Source: Vulcanimicrobiota bacterium
GTDB lineage: Bacteria > Vulcanimicrobiota > JAJTBE01
NCBI GenBank assembly: GCA_021107945.1
Contig: JAIORV010000138.1
Coordinates: 1-30,149 of the forward strand
Direction: 5' to 3'
Length of the DNA: 30,149 bases
This document shows positions 25,977-30,149 of the stretch, in pieces. The notes beneath the pieces are model-generated. The model had not been told where the DNA came from, did no database searches, and saw only the letters and a list, made by a program, of their open reading frames with translations. The translations under genes were made by a program, and so were the position numbers. The first letter of the stretch is position 1. Every line of letters starts with the position of its first letter.

Positions 25977-26038
25977 TATATATCAACTGTTGTAGTTTTT
26001 GTAGTCTTTGCGGTGAATAGTTGCTGTATCAACCTAAA

Positions 26039-26536
26039 CTAAAGATATTTATTCCAATTCAACAATCCAATATCCCATTTCATCAGGAACCAGGTTATGT
26101 ACATGGGTTTCTTCGGTTTTCTCAACAGCTTCATATCCGCCTCGGCAGGGGTTCGGTTGTTCTTCCCTGTATTACAGTGACCGCAGGCACAGACACAATT
26201 TGTCCAGACATCCTTGCCTCCGCGACTACGGGGCAAAATATGGTCAACCGTGTTGCCTTTTTTGCCACAGTATTGACAGTTATGTCGATCTCTTATCAGG
26301 ACATTCTTCTTGGTAAGAGGAACTTCCCTGAAGGGACTGACAATGTAATATAGCAATCGAATAATCGAGGGCATATCAATTGTTACTGACGGAGAATGTA
26401 TTTCTCTGTCGGGGCGGATCTCTAGAACTTCCGCCTTTCCTTTGTATAACAACTTGATTGCTCTGTGCAGGCTGGTGACATTCAGGAACTCGTAACCGGC
26501 ATTCAGAACAAGCACATACTCCGCCATCTTAAACAC
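26039..26536 (-). CDS. HNH endonuclease
   Basis: 165 aa. Reads CQYCG...DHILPRSRGG..W.N...C..CN, the HNH motif. Confidence 0.8.
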   Translation of the reverse strand: MFKMAEYVLVLNAGYEFLNVTSLHRAIKLLYKGKAEVLEIRPDREIHSPSVTIDMPSIIRLLYYIVSPFREVPLTKKNVLIRDRHNCQYCGKKGNTVDHILPRSRGGKDVWTNCVCACGHCNTGKNNRTPAEADMKLLRKPKKPMYITWFLMKWDIGLLNWNKYL

Positions 26537-26583
26537 CCCTCCGGATTCTCTTCATACTCGCACGAACCGGCACAATTTGACCC

Positions 26584-26748
26584 TTACCAGCCGATACTCA
26601 CTACCGGAACCACGAGGCGGCTACCAGGAGGTTCTTCATCTTCTTCCAACTCCAGTTCACTGTTTCTGAACTCAAGCCAGATGAAGTATCCCATAGCCAT
26701 TACCATGGTAAACCACCCTAACATCGATCTTGCAAAATCGAGCATCAT
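26584..26748 (-). CDS. Small hydrophobic/acidic protein (~54 aa)
   Basis: Internal start MMLDFARSM... is preceded by a strong AAGGAGG RBS at 8-nt spacing. One TM helix and an acidic tail (ELELEEDEE). The ORF-track start 26796 lacks an RBS. Confidence 0.4.
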   Translation of the reverse strand: MMLDFARSMLGWFTMVMAMGYFIWLEFRNSELELEEDEEPPGSRLVVPVVSIGW

Positions 26749-26875
26749 TTTTACCGCCTCCTTTCGTACTGTATTTCCGGGTATCGTAAATTCCATTTAA
26801 CAACTTACAATTATTTAGTCGCATTTATCTAATATTTTATTACCTTTTGGAAATCTCTTTACTACAAACCTCTAT

Positions 26876-26907
26876 TAAAAAACCGGGAGAGTTATCAACC
26901 CTCCCGG
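26876..26907 (-). terminator. Intrinsic terminator oriented for a minus-strand transcript coming from the right
   Basis: CCGGGAGAG...CTCCCGG hairpin with a 5' A tract on the plus strand (T tract on the minus strand). Confidence 0.5.
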
Positions 26908-27390
26908 CTATTTGCCTGATATGATAATAAATTCATTATTGCCATAATGGAGGGCGCTTAATAATTATATTAACTTTTTTAGAGATTCTTCCACTGACCC
27001 ATAAACCTGAGTCTGAACTCATTTAAAATTCACCACAATTTTAAATATAAATATTTTCTCTCATCATTAAAGCTATCATGAAATCAACAGAGTGTCAAGA
27101 TTGAGCTTGTTAAATTTAGATTAACAAACGGAGATTCGAACGGGATCATTTCTTAGCAATAGTTAATTGTTATATATTCATCATTCCTTTTATGCATGTT
27201 TAAATTACTTCAAGTTGTTCGACATAATGGTCCATAAAATCAGACTCCCAACACATGCGTTCCTGGCGTTTTGTTAACAATTGTGTAACCTAAGTCCAAC
27301 GGATGCCGGAGCCCGATTCCCGTCTCACGTTTTCCACTTCCATTCCTGGTAGCGGAGGTTTTTGACTTACCCATATATAGTGATTTATTT

Positions 27391-27414
27391 GCGGATTTAA
27401 AAACCCGCGCTACG
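27391..27414 (-). repeat. REP element copy in inverted orientation, ~80 nt upstream of mutL
   Basis: GCGGATTTAAAAACCCGCGCTACG. This is the reverse complement of CGTAGCGCGGGTTTTTAAATCCGC. Confidence 0.8.
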
Positions 27415-27492
27415 TGATTGAAGTGAAGAATTACAAAATTTATTGAGAGAAACAGGAGGGAATGAAGGGCTCTCTGGTCGTAATTAATATAT

Positions 27493-29268
27493 ATGGGAAA
27501 AATAAATATTCTTGACAAGACAGTTGCGAATAAAATTGCCGCCGGAGAGGTGGTAGAGCGCCCCGCGTCTGTCATAAAGGAACTTATCGAAAACGCCATT
27601 GACGCCGGGGCAAAGAAAATACAGGTCAACCTGGAAGAAGGCGGGCAAAAGCTCATCGAAGTGATTGACGACGGTATCGGAATGTCCGGTGAGGACGCAA
27701 AGCTTGCCATGGAGAGATTCGCCACGAGCAAGATAAACTCGTGGGAAGATCTTGAGTCGATCAACACATTCGGATTCAGAGGCGAGGCACTTCCCAGCAT
27801 ATCAGCAATATCCAGGCTCACTATAACCACCCGCGAGCATGATTCAAAAGTGGGATACAGGGTGGTCTGTAACGGCGGCGAGGTCGAAGATCCCGTGGAA
27901 GTGGGCGCGCCCGTCGGCACAAGGGTGACGGTGAGGGATATATTTTACAACACTCCAGCAAGACGCAAATTTCTGAAGAAAGCTTCATCCGAAACGGCGC
28001 ATATTGTGGGTATCACACAAAAACTAGCTCTGGTGAATGATAATATCGCATTCCACCTGGCAAGCAACGGCAGAACGCTCATCAACTTCCCCTCGCAGAT
28101 GAACCTTAGAGAGAGGATTCTCACCATATGGGGACTCCCCCTCGATTACAACTCCATTTTTATCGAGCATGAATCACCGTCGGTGCGGGTGTCCGGGTAC
28201 ATTTGCCCACCTGATAAACTAAAATCACACCGTTCATACCAGACATTTTTTGTAAACGGCCGGTATATAAAGAATATCATGATCAACCAGGCGGTTGTGG
28301 AGGGATTCTCCCCGCTTCTTCCGGCCGGGAAATTCCCAATTGCCCTTATTTTTATTGATCTGTCCGGCGAAGATGTTGATATTAATGTTCATCCAAACAA
28401 GATGGAGGTTCGCTTTTTAAGACCCGGAGCGATTTTCAAGACTGTCAGGGATGCCATAAAAAAAGGATTGAGAGATTTCGGATACACTCCCTTCACGCCG
28501 GTTATGGGAGATGTGAACCCGTTGCTACAGGCTCCTGTATATCCCGCGGCAACACATGAATCGCAAAAATCAACCACATCAGGATACCTGCCTTCCTCCG
28601 TTGAGTTACCGGGGTTTGTTGTTGAACCGGGATATAGAACACCTCCTGCAGGGATCCAATATACAAAGACGCCGGAAACTGACCTGCCTGTAAAAAGGGA
28701 ATTCAGAGCGCTTGCCCAGATAAGAAAAACATACATTATCGGGCTTGTGGGAGATGAAATATGGATTGTGGATCAGCACACCGCACACGAGAGGATCAAT
28801 TACGAGAAGCTCTCAAGAGTTGGGAAAAATATAGTGGGTTCGCAGAAATTGATGTTTCCCATAATGATGGAGCTTCCTCCAACGCTTTTTAATTTCCTTG
28901 GAGATAAAAAGGAGAGGTTTGAAGAGATTGGTTTTGAGATTGAACCTTTCGGCGGGAACAGCTATCTTATTAAGGCGGTTCCGTATGGGTTCAATAAATT
29001 GGAGAAAAAGGAAAACCTGATAGAAATCCTCGAAGAAGTGGCGGAAGGAGAACCTTACAGCAACCTGACGGCGCTTTACGAACATTTGAGGGCGACAATT
29101 GCATGCAAATCCTCGATAAAAGCAGGGGATACCTTGAACGTCGAGGAGATGAACTCACTTGTAAATGAACTTATAAGAATGGATTACTCCTCGTTTTGCC
29201 CCCATGGCAGGCCGGTTGTGATAAAGCTCTCGAAGGAACATGTTGACAGGATGTTTTTCAGGAGTTAG
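27493..29268 (+). CDS. mutL: DNA mismatch repair protein MutL
   Basis: 591 aa. GHKL ATPase N-terminus (AAGEVVERPASVIKELIENAIDAGA), and a C-terminal dimerisation/endonuclease region. Confidence 0.9.
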   Translation: MGKINILDKTVANKIAAGEVVERPASVIKELIENAIDAGAKKIQVNLEEGGQKLIEVIDDGIGMSGEDAKLAMERFATSKINSWEDLESINTFGFRGEALPSISAISRLTITTREHDSKVGYRVVCNGGEVEDPVEVGAPVGTRVTVRDIFYNTPARRKFLKKASSETAHIVGITQKLALVNDNIAFHLASNGRTLINFPSQMNLRERILTIWGLPLDYNSIFIEHESPSVRVSGYICPPDKLKSHRSYQTFFVNGRYIKNIMINQAVVEGFSPLLPAGKFPIALIFIDLSGEDVDINVHPNKMEVRFLRPGAIFKTVRDAIKKGLRDFGYTPFTPVMGDVNPLLQAPVYPAATHESQKSTTSGYLPSSVELPGFVVEPGYRTPPAGIQYTKTPETDLPVKREFRALAQIRKTYIIGLVGDEIWIVDQHTAHERINYEKLSRVGKNIVGSQKLMFPIMMELPPTLFNFLGDKKERFEEIGFEIEPFGGNSYLIKAVPYGFNKLEKKENLIEILEEVAEGEPYSNLTALYEHLRATIACKSSIKAGDTLNVEEMNSLVNELIRMDYSSFCPHGRPVVIKLSKEHVDRMFFRS

Positions 29269-29334
29269 GGAGGCTGTAGTATTCCCAAAAAAACCGTAAG
29301 GAAACGCAATTATTCAGACCATCCCACAATTTGA

Positions 29335-29358
29335 GTAGCGGCGGGTCTCCCGACCCGC
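29335..29358 (+). repeat. Variant REP-like element downstream of mutL (possible terminator)
   Basis: GTAG-CG-GCGGGTC-TCCC-GACCCGC. Same GTAG-CG-palindrome architecture as the main REP family but with a different stem. Confidence 0.5.
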
Positions 29359-29396
29359 CTGGAAACGGCATGAAATCTATATGGAAATAAATATAA

Positions 29397-29594
29397 CTAA
29401 GCACTTTCATAAATCACTTGCCCTGTTCTCAGGACTTCGCTTATGAAGCTAGCGGGTTCACGTTCCTCGTATTCGCTGAGGTAAAACAGAGTGGGAGTGA
29501 TATAAAAATCAATGGGGCGGCGCAATTTTCTAAGCAGAATTTCATCATCAAGGGAGTTAGCCCCGGGCTCTTTTTTGACAATCAATGCAACCAT
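29397..29594 (-). CDS. Hypothetical small protein (possibly a nucleotidyltransferase-like fragment)
   Basis: 65 aa ORF with weak resemblance to C-terminal regions of minimal nucleotidyltransferases. No catalytic motif. Confidence 0.2.
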   Translation of the reverse strand: MVALIVKKEPGANSLDDEILLRKLRRPIDFYITPTLFYLSEYEEREPASFISEVLRTGQVIYESA

Positions 29595-30045
29595 CTATGT
29601 CACTGTATTAATTCGCTTCCCCCCTGACTTGGGAGCCGAATAACAGTGCCATTCTTAAATCGAACTTCTGCCTGACAACCTCGATATATTGCTCTACCTT
29701 TCTTTTAACTTCTTCATCAACCATTCGAAAAGCTCCTCGGTTGAAGTTTGCCAATTTTGAGCATACCCCTTGCGGTATCGAGGTCGTATTCCGCCGACTC
29801 GATCCATGACCTTATTGTTCTTTCATTTTCTATTTGCCAATACTATTCCCCTCCACATGATATTTTATCATAAAAATGCATTGAATGAAATATGCACTTC
29901 ACAATTCTGGGCGAAATGAATGAAATAGAATGAAGTCGAGAATCCAAGACAATCTTGGCGGCAACGCATTTTTTATGATGAATCGTGTGGAAGTCTTACA
30001 TATTGAAGAAATTCTCCAAGCATTTATTGATTTTGCAGGAATGTC

Positions 30046-30059
30046 GGGGGGGGGGGGGG
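30046..30059. other. G14 homopolymer near the window end
   Basis: Direct reading. The surrounding sequence is AT-rich and low in complexity. Confidence 0.9.
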
Positions 30060-30149
30060 AAAATTTAAAAAAACTAAAATTAAAATATGATTTTTCCCTG
30101 AAAAAATTTTTTTTTTTAAACAGGGCTGCTTTTAGGGGTATTTAGGGGG

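Noticed and set aside
27121-27160. tRNA-like T-loop sequence TTCGAAC (GGAGATTCGAACGGGATC)
   Set aside because: Neither strand has a complementary 5-bp T-stem flanking the loop. No acceptor stem or anticodon arm could be built.
27240-27920. 226-aa ORF on the minus strand
   Set aside because: It is entirely antisense to the well-supported mutL N-terminal ATPase domain. It has a Ser/Pro-rich low-complexity translation and no RBS.

Overview
This ~30 kb window is from a low-GC (~42%) bacterial chromosome and consists mostly of housekeeping genes with accessory elements interspersed. The minus strand carries a conserved lipid-synthesis cluster: yceD, rpmF, fabH, fabD, fabG, acpP, then a CinA C-domain gene. 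plsX and fabF are absent. Other core genes are ackA, efp, creD, ilvE and mutL. There are two SPFH/NfeD membrane pairs: a YqiJ-like NfeD with a flotillin, and a long NfeD protease with a stomatin. The NfeD protease carries a Lys/Asp/Glu-rich insertion. Two hicAB toxin-antitoxin loci are present with opposite gene order. One of them is bounded by inverted copies of a 28-nt hairpin. Other genes are an ADP-ribosylglycohydrolase, a PEGA-domain lipoprotein, a radical-SAM/SPASM enzyme, a zinc-ribbon TPR protein, an alpha/beta hydrolase, an HNH endonuclease, and a likely small membrane protein. The most distinctive feature is a REP-associated tyrosine transposase (RAYT, IS200-like Y1 HuH transposase) at 17614-18111. 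It sits inside a cluster of REP elements, each a GTAG tetranucleotide followed by the palindrome GCGGGTTTTTAAACCCGC. There are at least six copies, plus one variant. The REPs are assembled into BIME-like mosaic modules repeated upstream of three consecutive genes. Separately, a ~100-nt two-hairpin motif occurs twice with compensatory base changes in both stems, which suggests a structured RNA family. The first copy lies in a 490-bp hairpin-dense non-coding region. Several other short dispersed repeats, a minisatellite-like tandem repeat, a G-rich tract and a terminal G14 homopolymer are also noted. No CRISPR array, tRNA or rRNA was found.
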